Below, one piece after another: positions 36,370 to 44,970 of a stretch of 64,000 bases of DNA (positions are counted from its first letter, which is position 1; the number at the start of each line of letters is the position of its first letter). The stretch comes from an uncultured Pseudomonadota bacterium (GTDB lineage Bacteria > Oederibacteriota > Muellerivitia > Muellerivitales > Muellerivitaceae): the NCBI GenBank assembly GCA_963836235.1, contig CAWIIP010000001.1, positions 32,001 to 96,000 on the forward strand, in the 5' to 3' direction. The position numbers were made by a program, and so were the translations under genes. Under the pieces are notes generated by a model that saw only the letters and a program-made list of their open reading frames with translations, was not told the origin of the DNA and ran no database searches.

Positions 36370-37706
36370 GGTTGCGGCTTTCCACTTGGGCTCTGGGATT
36401 TTTCCAGTTTCTGGAGATGCTCCAACCAGGCCTTGATCTTGGCCTCGTAGCCCAAGTTGGTGGGGGAATAGTACCGGCCCAGGTTGGGGGCATATTCCTG
36501 TTTCACGTAATGGTCCGGATAGTCGTGGGCATATTGGTATCCTTTGCCATGCTCCAAAACCTTGGCGCCGGAATAATGGGCGTCTTTCAGGTGGAGAGGC
36601 ACTTCCTTGTTCGTTTCCTTTTTAACGTCTTCCGTCGCCGATTCCAAACCAATATAGGAGGCGTTGCTTTTGGGGGCGCAGGCCAGATAGACCGTGGCTT
36701 GGGCCAGGGGAATGCGGCCTTCGGGCAGACCGATGAATTCCAGGGCTTGTTGGGCGGCGACGGCCAGGGGCAGGGCCTGGGGATCGGCGTTGCCCACGTC
36801 TTCCGCCGCCGATATGACCAGCCTTCGGGCAATAAAACGGGGGTCTTCCCCGGCGTAAAGCATCTTGGCCAGCCAATGGAGGGCGGCGTCCGGATCCGAA
36901 CCCCGGATACTTTTGATGAAGGCCGAAATGGTGTCGTAATGTTGGTCGCCGGAGGCGTCGTACTGAACCATTCTTTTCTGGATGGATTCCTGGGCGACTT
37001 CCAAGTCGAAGTGAATGATGCCGGCCTCGTCGGAAGGGGTGGTCATGACACCCACTTCCAGGGCGTTCAAGAGGGTGCGGGCGTCACCGGAAGCGGCTTT
37101 CAACAAATGGGTTTTCGCCTCCGGCGCCAGGTCCACCTTGTATTTTCCCAATCCTTTTTCGGAGTCCTGAAGGGCCTTTTCCAAAATAACTCCGAGAGAC
37201 TTTTCCTCCAAAGGCCGCAATTCGCAGACCCGGGAGCGGGAAAGCAGGGCGGTGTTGAGGGCGAAAAAAGGGTTCTGGGTGGTGGCGCCGACGAGGATGA
37301 TGGTGCCTTGCTCCAAATGGGGAAGAAGGGCGTCCTGCTGGCTTTTGTTGAAATGATGGATTTCATCTAAAAAGAGAATGGTGGATTGCTGGTAGAGTTT
37401 CTTGTTTTCAGCGGCTTCGTCAAAAACCTTTCTCAAGTCGGCGAGCCCTGAGGTGACGGCGTTGAGGGCCACAAAGCGGCTTTTCATCCGGCGCGCGACC
37501 AGGCGGGCGAAGGCGGTTTTGCCGGTGCCGGGGGGGCCGTAAAGAATCAAGGAAACGATCCGATTGGCTTCCAAGAGACGGCGCAGGAGTTTGCCGGGGC
37601 CTACCAGGTGTTCCTGCCCCACATAATCCTCAAGAGTCCGGGGAGACATGCGGATGGCCAGCGGGCGGGCGCTGCTTTCCTCAACGGCTGAATCAAACAA
37701 ATCCAT
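36366..37706 (-). CDS. rarA: Replication-associated recombination protein A (MgsA)
   Basis: YGPPGTGKT, DEIHHFNKSQQD, SAFIKSIRGSDPDA, APKSNASY. Confidence 0.96.
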   Translation of the reverse strand: MDLFDSAVEESSARPLAIRMSPRTLEDYVGQEHLVGPGKLLRRLLEANRIVSLILYGPPGTGKTAFARLVARRMKSRFVALNAVTSGLADLRKVFDEAAENKKLYQQSTILFLDEIHHFNKSQQDALLPHLEQGTIILVGATTQNPFFALNTALLSRSRVCELRPLEEKSLGVILEKALQDSEKGLGKYKVDLAPEAKTHLLKAASGDARTLLNALEVGVMTTPSDEAGIIHFDLEVAQESIQKRMVQYDASGDQHYDTISAFIKSIRGSDPDAALHWLAKMLYAGEDPRFIARRLVISAAEDVGNADPQALPLAVAAQQALEFIGLPEGRIPLAQATVYLACAPKSNASYIGLESATEDVKKETNKEVPLHLKDAHYSGAKVLEHGKGYQYAHDYPDHYVKQEYAPNLGRYYSPTNLGYEAKIKAWLEHLQKLEKSQSPSGKPQP

Positions 37707-37859
37707 GACTTTATGATAGAGAACTGGGTAAATGACAACAAGAGGGGAACCGTAGTTTTGAATTGTGGGCTGTCATTTAATCTGCCAATTAAATGATTTT
37801 TTGACTTAATTCGCGACCAAGGATTTAAAAGGTGGGACTGCTTTTTAAGAAAAAAAGGT

Positions 37860-38040
37860 GAGCCTGCCACCTGTGCCGGTTAAGACAGTACTCTTCTGAG
37901 CCTGACCTAGTCAGGTGGGCGCCCTCACAAACGGTTCATTGCTTCCGAAGAAGACTATCCCCGATTGGTCTGTGGGAACCCATAATTGTTTTTTGTGGCT
38001 CAGAATTTCCCGCCCCAAGATCGAACACCGCAGGAGGCTC
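37860..38040 (-). ncRNA. ssrS: 6S RNA
   Basis: Minus strand GAGCCUCCUGCGGUGUUCG...CUGAGCC...GCGCCCACC...GGCUCAG...CGGCACAGGUGGCAGGCUC folds as a long rod with paired ends and a central bubble; T-run after the 3' end; own promoter; typical zapA/ygfA neighbourhood. Confidence 0.85.
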
Positions 38041-38046
38041 GAAAGT

Positions 38047-38074
38047 ATTTTAAAAGGGGAATAGGACTTGTCAA
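38047..38074 (-). promoter_or_regulatory. 6S RNA promoter
   Basis: Minus strand TTGACA-16 nt-TAAAAT, 6 nt before the predicted 5' end. Confidence 0.75.
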
Positions 38075-38270
38075 GGCCGGTTCGGCGGAGGAAAAGCCGG
38101 ATTTCGGTTTGGAACCACAAATTTGTTGACGGATACCCAAATGGCCGAAGTTCGATTTAACCAGGATTTGGTTTGAGAAAAAGGAGACTATGACAAATGA
38201 TTCAAATGAGCAGTTGAGAATTTAAGTTGGCTATTGGAAAATGCTTCCCGATTCAGGAAGGATTCCTCCG

Positions 38271-38546
38271 ATGCAAATTCATATCCGCTCCTCCCAACTG
38301 CCCCGATGGATTGTGCCGGTTTTGATACTCGTGGCGTTGGCCTTAATCCCTTTCGCCTTGATGCTGGGGTTGACCCTGGCCGCGGTGGCCATCGGCGCCT
38401 CAGCCTTGCGGCTTTTATGGCCCTCTCCCGGGAAACAGGAAGCCGGTCCCAAGGAATTTCCTTTTTCGAAGGCCGAGAAAAGATTTTCCGATCCTTCCGC
38501 CATCGACGCGGAATATGAGGTAAAGGACAGCGATGAAAAAAAATAA
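38271..38546 (+). CDS. Small membrane protein overlapping the glgP start
   Basis: AGGAAGG RBS, long hydrophobic stretch, acidic C-terminal IDAEYEVKD. Confidence 0.7.
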   Translation: MQIHIRSSQLPRWIVPVLILVALALIPFALMLGLTLAAVAIGASALRLLWPSPGKQEAGPKEFPFSKAEKRFSDPSAIDAEYEVKDSDEKK

Positions 38547-41043
38547 TTCCGTCAAAACCATCAAACGCCAAACGGACTCCAAAAGCGCCTCCGAGTTCGA
38601 GCTTTACAAGGGGATTCGGGCCGAGGACTTTAAACATTCCTTCCTGGAAAACCTCAAGTACCGGCTGATCAAGGAAAGCGAAACCGCCACCGACTATGAT
38701 CGTTACTTAAGTTTAGCTTACGCGATCCGCGACCGGCAGGTGGAAAATTGGGTCGCGACCCAAAAGACCTACCGGACCCAAAAAGTCAAAAGGGTTTATT
38801 ACCTGTCCCTGGAGTTCCTGATGGGAAGGACCTTGGGCAACTCGGTCATCAATCTGCAGGTTTCGGACATGGTCTCGAAAGCCCTTCAGGATTTGGGCCT
38901 CAACTTGGAGGAGATCCGGGAAGCCGAGATTGACGCGGGCCTGGGGAACGGCGGACTGGGCCGCTTGGCCGCCTGCTTCATGGATTCCCTGGCGACCTTG
39001 GAGATTCCGGCTTACGGTTACGGTATCCGCTACGATTACGGCATATTCCGGCAAAAAATCGTTCGGGGATACCAGGTGGAAGAGCCCGACGAATGGTTGA
39101 GCATGGAAAACCCCTGGGAGAAAGCCCGGCCCGAATATACCTACCGCATCAAATTCGGGGGCCACGTGGTCCAACGCACCAACCGGAGCGGGAAACAAGT
39201 GTTCGATTGGGTGGACACCGAGGATGTCCTGGCCGCGGCTTACGACACTCCGATTCCCGGCTATGGAAACAAAACCGTGAACAACCTGAGGCTATGGTCG
39301 GCCAAGGCCACCGAGGAATTCGACCTCGACTTTTTCAACAAAGGGAACTACTTCGCCGCCACCTCCAAAAAGACCGAGACCGAATCCATTTCCAAGGTTC
39401 TTTACCCCAATGACAACAGCGCGGAAGGGCGGGAACTGCGCCTCAAGCAACAGTACTTTTTCGTGTCGGCTTCTATCCAGGATATCCTGCGGCGCTTTAA
39501 GCGGGAGCACGGGGATTTCCGCGTATTACCGGACGTGGCCGCCATCCAGCTCAATGACACGCACCCTACGATCGCCATCGCCGAATTCATGCGCATCATG
39601 CTGGATTTGGAAGGGCTGGATTGGGAATTGGCTTGGGAAATGAACAAGTCGATCTTCGGTTACACCAACCATACCCTCCTGCCGGAAGCCTTGGAAAAGT
39701 GGCCGATCAACCTTTTTGGCCGCCTTTTTCCCCGGCATCTCCAGATTATCCAGGAAATCAACGCCCGGTTTTTAAGGGAAGTGGCCAACCGCTATCCGGG
39801 CGACAACGAACGGCTGCGCCGAATGTCCATTTTCGAGGAAGGCCCGGACCCGCATATCCGCATGGCCCACTTGGCCATCGTGGGAAGCCATTCGGTGAAC
39901 GGCGTCTCCGCCCTGCATACGGAACTGCTGAAAAGCGACGTGGTGCCCGATTTCAACGACCTTTATCCCGAACGTTTCAACAATAAAACCAACGGGATCA
40001 CCCAAAGAAGGTGGCTGAGGAAGTGCAATACCGGACTTTCCGAACTGATCACCTCCAAAATCGGCGACAAGTGGGTGACCGATTTGGGCCAGCTGAAAAA
40101 ATTGGAAAAATTCGCCGAAGACAAGAAATTCCAGGTTCTGTGGAGGGAAGTCAAGAAACAGAACAAGGAAAAACTGGCCTCCCTCATCGCCCTGGAACAG
40201 CGTCTGGCGATCGATACGACCTCCATTTTTGACGTCCAGGTCAAGCGCATCCATGAGTACAAACGCCAGCTTTTGAACGCCTTGCACGTTATCGCTCTTT
40301 ACCGGAGGATCAAGGCCGATCCCGGCGCTCCCTTCGTTCCCCGGAGCGTTTTCTTCGGCGGCAAAGCCGCTCCCGGCTACCACCTGGCCAAGCTCATCAT
40401 CAAGTTTATCGGGGCCATCGGCGACGTGGTCAACCAGGACCCCCAGATCAAGGGGAAGCTGATGAGCGTCTTCCTCCCGAATTACCGGGTGTCCCTCGCG
40501 GAAAAAATCATTCCGGCGACCGACCTATCCGAACAAATCTCAACCGCCGGAAAGGAAGCTTCCGGCACCGGAAACATGAAATTCGCCCTCAATGGAGCCT
40601 TGACGATCGGGACCCTGGACGGGGCCAACGTTGAAATTAAAGAAGAAGTCGGCAACGAGAACATCTTTATCTTCGGGCTGACGGCGGAAGAAGTGACGCA
40701 AACCCGGCGGCAGGGATACAACCCCCGGGATTATTACCATAAATCGGCCGAATTAAAAGGCGTGCTGGATTTGATCGCCAGCGGATTTTTCTCCCCGGAA
40801 AATCCCGGTCTCTTCCAACCGATCTACGATACCCTCATGAACCATGATGAGTACCTGCTGTTGGCGGATTTTGACGCTTATGTGGAATGCCAAGACAAGG
40901 TCGCCCAGGTTTACCGGGACCAGAACGAGTGGGCGCGGATGTCCATTTTGAACGTGGCCCGCATGGGAAAGTTCTCAAGCGACCGGACGATCCAAGAATA
41001 CTGTGATGATATTTGGCGGGTGAGGCCGGTTAAGATCAGCTGA
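38533..41043 (+). CDS. glgP: Glycogen/starch phosphorylase
   Basis: LGNGGLGRLAACF, QLNDTHP, KRIHEYKRQ, EASGTGNMKF (PLP lysine). Confidence 0.98.
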   Translation: MKKNNSVKTIKRQTDSKSASEFELYKGIRAEDFKHSFLENLKYRLIKESETATDYDRYLSLAYAIRDRQVENWVATQKTYRTQKVKRVYYLSLEFLMGRTLGNSVINLQVSDMVSKALQDLGLNLEEIREAEIDAGLGNGGLGRLAACFMDSLATLEIPAYGYGIRYDYGIFRQKIVRGYQVEEPDEWLSMENPWEKARPEYTYRIKFGGHVVQRTNRSGKQVFDWVDTEDVLAAAYDTPIPGYGNKTVNNLRLWSAKATEEFDLDFFNKGNYFAATSKKTETESISKVLYPNDNSAEGRELRLKQQYFFVSASIQDILRRFKREHGDFRVLPDVAAIQLNDTHPTIAIAEFMRIMLDLEGLDWELAWEMNKSIFGYTNHTLLPEALEKWPINLFGRLFPRHLQIIQEINARFLREVANRYPGDNERLRRMSIFEEGPDPHIRMAHLAIVGSHSVNGVSALHTELLKSDVVPDFNDLYPERFNNKTNGITQRRWLRKCNTGLSELITSKIGDKWVTDLGQLKKLEKFAEDKKFQVLWREVKKQNKEKLASLIALEQRLAIDTTSIFDVQVKRIHEYKRQLLNALHVIALYRRIKADPGAPFVPRSVFFGGKAAPGYHLAKLIIKFIGAIGDVVNQDPQIKGKLMSVFLPNYRVSLAEKIIPATDLSEQISTAGKEASGTGNMKFALNGALTIGTLDGANVEIKEEVGNENIFIFGLTAEEVTQTRRQGYNPRDYYHKSAELKGVLDLIASGFFSPENPGLFQPIYDTLMNHDEYLLLADFDAYVECQDKVAQVYRDQNEWARMSILNVARMGKFSSDRTIQEYCDDIWRVRPVKIS

Positions 41044-41058
41044 AATTTTCAAACGAAT

Positions 41059-41084
41059 ACTCCGCCAGAAACGGAGGTTTTTTT
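41059..41084 (+). terminator. Intrinsic terminator between convergent glgP and zapA
   Basis: CTCCG-ccagaaa-CGGAG followed by GTTTTTT. Confidence 0.6.
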
Positions 41085-41925
41085 ATTCCAGGATGGCGTC
41101 GATTTTTTTGAAAAGATTTTTGAGTTTGTCTTCCGAGGGAAGAAAGTTTTCCGCGGCAGGTTGGGATTGGGCTGGAGAAGCGGCAGCCGGGGTTGATTTA
41201 GCCTTTTCCAAACTTTCCTGGGCCTGCTTGAATTCGAATTGAACGTGGTCGGACTTCGCTTTCAGATCCTTGATTTCGGCTTGCGCCTCGTCGTTCAACC
41301 CCTCGGCGGCCGCCAAATCCTCTTTTACCTTGTCGAGTTGGAGAGTCAGCGCTTGAACCTGGTTTTGCAACCGGTTGGCTTCTTTTGACGAATCTTCCTC
41401 TTTCAGTTTCGCGCTGTCCATGGCCTTCTTCGCGTTTTCTAATTCCAATTTCTGGCTATCCAAGGCCTTTTGGACATCCTCGAGCCCTTTTTTCGCTTTT
41501 TCAGCCTCGGCTATTTTTTGATCCGATTCTTTTTTGAGTTTCAGGAGCTCGACGGCGGCTTCCTCGAGTTTTTTCCTATTCTCGCTTGTCTCGCCTTTGA
41601 GCTTGTCCCCCTGATCCTTCAACTCCATTGTGTGTTTGAGGGACCCGTCGGCGGATTTTTTCATTTCCAGGAGATTTTTCTCGAGGGTTTCAATCAGCCG
41701 GAGGTTTTCGCTTTTTACTTTTTCCAGGCGGTGGAGCTCGTCGGCGATGTTCATGGAAACCAGGATGGCCACCTTGGCGGCGGGGGCGGAGGATTTCTTG
41801 CTGACCTCGCCCATTTTCGCGTCCACGAATTTGGCCAGTTCAGCGATATATTGGGGGTCGGCTTCGCCCTTTAAAGTGTATTCGTTGCCATAGATCGTGA
41901 CGGTAACGGCTTTTTTCTCGCTCAT
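41083..41925 (-). CDS. zapA: Cell division protein ZapA with a long C-terminal coiled-coil extension
   Basis: VTVTIYGNEYTLKG...YIAELAKFVDAKM...VAILVSMNIADEL, then about 190 aa of heptad-rich sequence. Confidence 0.85.
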   Translation of the reverse strand: MSEKKAVTVTIYGNEYTLKGEADPQYIAELAKFVDAKMGEVSKKSSAPAAKVAILVSMNIADELHRLEKVKSENLRLIETLEKNLLEMKKSADGSLKHTMELKDQGDKLKGETSENRKKLEEAAVELLKLKKESDQKIAEAEKAKKGLEDVQKALDSQKLELENAKKAMDSAKLKEEDSSKEANRLQNQVQALTLQLDKVKEDLAAAEGLNDEAQAEIKDLKAKSDHVQFEFKQAQESLEKAKSTPAAASPAQSQPAAENFLPSEDKLKNLFKKIDAILE

Positions 41926-41940
41926 GGTTTTCCTTGGAGC

Positions 41941-41992
41941 TTAACCGGGCGCTGAAAAAGTATTTTTCGGCGCCCGGTCGACAGCCCGTTAA
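41941..41992. repeat. Short TTAA-flanked palindromic element related to 26344-26487
   Basis: TTAA-CCGGGCGCTGAAAAAGTATTTTTCGGCGCCCGG-TCGACAGCCCG-TTAA; its reverse complement matches the right third of the hemA-hemC element. Confidence 0.75.
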
Positions 41993-42300
41993 TGTTCTTC
42001 CAGCTTCAGCTCGCTGGCTAAGGATTCAATTCGCTGCAGGTTTTGTTTCACCTGTTTTAAATCTTCCAAGGCGTTTTCGTATTGTTTCCGGAGTTTTTGG
42101 TTTTCCTCGGGCGCAGGCGACTCCTCCGCCAGGGGCATATCCTTTAACTGGTTCCGCAAAAGGACATTTTCCTTCATCAATTGGGCGTTGGCGTTCCGAA
42201 GTTGGACGATTCCCTCTAAAAGGCGGTTAATCCGCTTTTCCAAGTCCTCCCATAGGGATTTGGGGGCCGGAGGATGCCCGAATAGGTCATCGGAGTGCAA
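41989..42300 (-). CDS. ZapB-like coiled-coil protein
   Basis: LEKRINRLLEGIVQLRNANAQLMKEN; position between pheT and zapA. Confidence 0.65.
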   Translation of the reverse strand: MHSDDLFGHPPAPKSLWEDLEKRINRLLEGIVQLRNANAQLMKENVLLRNQLKDMPLAEESPAPEENQKLRKQYENALEDLKQVKQNLQRIESLASELKLEEH

Positions 42301-44698
42301 TGGAATACCTCGATTTCAAGCCATCCACAATCTGGGATACTTTTTGGGCCACTTCCTGGTCGGTCAAGGTCCGTTCCTCGTTCAAGAATTGCATCCGGTA
42401 GGCGAGGCTTCGAACGCCGGTGGAAAGATGGGGGCCCCGATAAAGGTCAAATAAATGGACCTTTTTTAGATCCGGTTTTCCCATCTCTTCGATGGCCACC
42501 AAAACCTGGGTTGATGTTACACCATCCGGAACCATTAGGGCAATGTCCCTCCAAGCGGCGGGGAACTTGGGCAGGGGATGGTAGCTCTTGGAAGCCTGTG
42601 GAGCCTGTTGGAAAGCCTCGGGTTCTATTTCCAAAGCGAAAGCTGGAACGGAAATGTCATATTCCTTGAGGACTTTAGGGTGGAGGGCTCCGCCCCGGGC
42701 CAAAAGTTGTCCCCGCGGGGTCTTCACCTCGAAATTTTGAACCGGGTCATAGGGGGCCGACGCCGGTTGAAAGCTCCATTCGAATTCCGTAAGACCACAA
42801 TTGGAGAGAATGCTTTCCACCAAGCCTTTGATATCGTAAAAGTCGGATTTTCGTTCCGGACTATGCCATTGGGCTTGGGAGGCCACTCCGGCCACAATCG
42901 CCGCCACCTGGATTCTTTCCGTAACCCGGCCCTCGGGACCGGGGGTGAAAACCTTATTCATCTCATATAGAGAAGCGGTTTCTTGCTGGTGGGAAAGGTT
43001 AAGCTGGATATTCGCAAGCAGGGAAGGCAGAAGCGATGGCCGTAAAACCCGCTGGTCGTCGGTGATGGGATTGGCGACTTCCTGAAACCGGCGTAAGGGG
43101 TGGTCTTCCGGCAGTTTGAGCTTTTGGGGAAAGGTTGAGGCCAAAAAAGTGGAATTGACCGCTTCATAAAAACCCGCTTGATGGAGGCTCGACCGGATTT
43201 CCTTTTCAAATGGGATCTCCGATCCGAGGGGAAAAAGAAAAGAAGGGATATTGGGGGAGACCACCGGGATTTTGTCATATCCGGAAAGCCGGGCCATTTC
43301 CTCGATCAGGTCGATCTCACGGGTCAAATCCAATCGATGGCTGGGGCATTGGACCGATAGCGTTTTGGATTTGGCGGTTCCTTTGACCTTGCATCCCAGG
43401 TTATTGAGAATTTGAATCTGAGTTTTGGCGGGTATCTCCAAGCCCAAAAGGGCATGAGTTCTTTGTGGCCGAAAGATAACCGGGGGATTTTTAATCGTCT
43501 TAGTCGAAACGGCGCCAATGCCCTTGGCTAAGTGGCCACCGGCCACTTCGAGAATCAGCGCAACGGCCCTTTCTAAGGCCGCTTGCACCCCTTTTGGATC
43601 CACGCCACGCTCGAAGCGGTAGGAAGAGTCCGTAGATATGCCGAAATGCCGCGCGGTTTTGCGCACACTACCCGGTAGAAATTGAGCCGACTCCAAGAGG
43701 ATATTTTGGGTTTGGCCGGTTACCTGGGAATTGCTACCGCCCATGATTCCGGCCAAGGCGATGGGACGGTCGGCATCGGCGATCACCAGCATATGATCCT
43801 TCAGTTCGCGTTCCGTGCCGTCCAGAAGCGAAATTTTCTCTCCCTGGGCCGCTGTCCGCACGAGGATTTGACGGCCATGGATTTGTCCCAGGTCGAAAGC
43901 GTGAAGGGGCTGGCCGGTTTCCAAGAGGACGAAGTTCGTCACATCAACAATGTTGTTGATGGAACGTTGGCCCATTTTTTCCAAGGCTTGAGCCAGCCAT
44001 TTCGGGGAAGGGCCTACTTTGACTTCCTCAATGGCTCGGCAGGTATAGAGGTGGCATAAATCTTTAGCTTCAATTTTAATGTGGATCAGCTTGGAGGTGG
44101 CGATGGAGCTTTCTTTGGGCTTCTTCGACTTGGGATATTGGACGGGTTTGTGGAAAAGGGCCCCCAATTCGCGCGCCACGCCCCAATGACTTAAAAGGTC
44201 GGCACGGTTCGGGGTAATCTCGAGTACAAAAAGGGTGTCAGGTAAGCCCGAGTAGTTGAGAAACTCAGCCCCGAGGGGCGCATCGGGCGGCAAAATCAGG
44301 ATACCTTCGGCATCTTCCGCCAAACCCAGTTCCTTGGCCGAACAAAGCATTCCAAAGGATTCGACTCCACGGATCTTGGCCGCCTTGATCTCGAAATTGC
44401 CCGGAAGAACGGCTCCCACTAAGGCCAGGGGCACCTTTTGCCCGGGCGCAATATTTTTAGCGCCGCAAACAACCTGGAAAGTTTCTTTTCCGGTGGAAAC
44501 CTTGGTGAGGGATAGGCGATCGGCCTGGGGGTGTTTCTCAACGGACAAAAGTTCCGCCACCACCACGTGGGTGATGTCCCGGCCTAAGTGCTTGACGTTT
44601 TCAACCGCGACGCCCGCGTGGATCAACCGTTCGAGAACGGTTTCGACGGATTCTTTCAGCTGAATATATTGTTTAAGCCAGTTAAAAGAGATGAGCAT
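42287..44698 (-). CDS. pheT: Phenylalanine-tRNA ligase beta subunit
   Basis: HPQADRL, VVCGAKN, ITPNRADLLSHWG, SYRFERGVD, FDLYRG..RSLAY. Confidence 0.97.
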   Translation of the reverse strand: MLISFNWLKQYIQLKESVETVLERLIHAGVAVENVKHLGRDITHVVVAELLSVEKHPQADRLSLTKVSTGKETFQVVCGAKNIAPGQKVPLALVGAVLPGNFEIKAAKIRGVESFGMLCSAKELGLAEDAEGILILPPDAPLGAEFLNYSGLPDTLFVLEITPNRADLLSHWGVARELGALFHKPVQYPKSKKPKESSIATSKLIHIKIEAKDLCHLYTCRAIEEVKVGPSPKWLAQALEKMGQRSINNIVDVTNFVLLETGQPLHAFDLGQIHGRQILVRTAAQGEKISLLDGTERELKDHMLVIADADRPIALAGIMGGSNSQVTGQTQNILLESAQFLPGSVRKTARHFGISTDSSYRFERGVDPKGVQAALERAVALILEVAGGHLAKGIGAVSTKTIKNPPVIFRPQRTHALLGLEIPAKTQIQILNNLGCKVKGTAKSKTLSVQCPSHRLDLTREIDLIEEMARLSGYDKIPVVSPNIPSFLFPLGSEIPFEKEIRSSLHQAGFYEAVNSTFLASTFPQKLKLPEDHPLRRFQEVANPITDDQRVLRPSLLPSLLANIQLNLSHQQETASLYEMNKVFTPGPEGRVTERIQVAAIVAGVASQAQWHSPERKSDFYDIKGLVESILSNCGLTEFEWSFQPASAPYDPVQNFEVKTPRGQLLARGGALHPKVLKEYDISVPAFALEIEPEAFQQAPQASKSYHPLPKFPAAWRDIALMVPDGVTSTQVLVAIEEMGKPDLKKVHLFDLYRGPHLSTGVRSLAYRMQFLNEERTLTDQEVAQKVSQIVDGLKSRYSIALR

Positions 44699-44751
44699 TG
44701 GGGATCCGTAAAGAAGTATTGAAAAACCAGAAAAAACCTAAATTTTTAAGA

Positions 44752-44780
44752 AGTTTAGAGTAGAGCTTAGGGACTGTCAA
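44752..44780 (-). promoter_or_regulatory. pheT promoter
   Basis: Minus strand TTGACA-17 nt-TAAACT. Confidence 0.7.
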
Positions 44781-44970
44781 CAATAGCCGTCAGTGGGCCG
44801 ATTGCCGCTCGCGGTTGATCGCAATGTCCAAGACAAGGAGACTTGGCTTGTTTTTTGATGATTTTCAAGAGTCGTGAATATATGCTGTCACTTCTTAGAC
44901 GCGGGTTTTTGTTCGCTGTGGGTCGCGTGCCCCGGCTTTCAGACGTATTTCACGAAAGGTGGTGATGAGA

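Noticed and set aside
36372-37370. 332-aa plus-strand ORF opposite rarA
   Set aside because: Antisense shadow expected from GC-rich codon usage; the same applies to the many shadow ORFs over nuoL-N, hem genes, glgP and clpC
37911-38120. 69-aa minus-strand ORF in the rarA-glgP gap
   Set aside because: Overlaps the 6S RNA and its promoter; no RBS or coding signature
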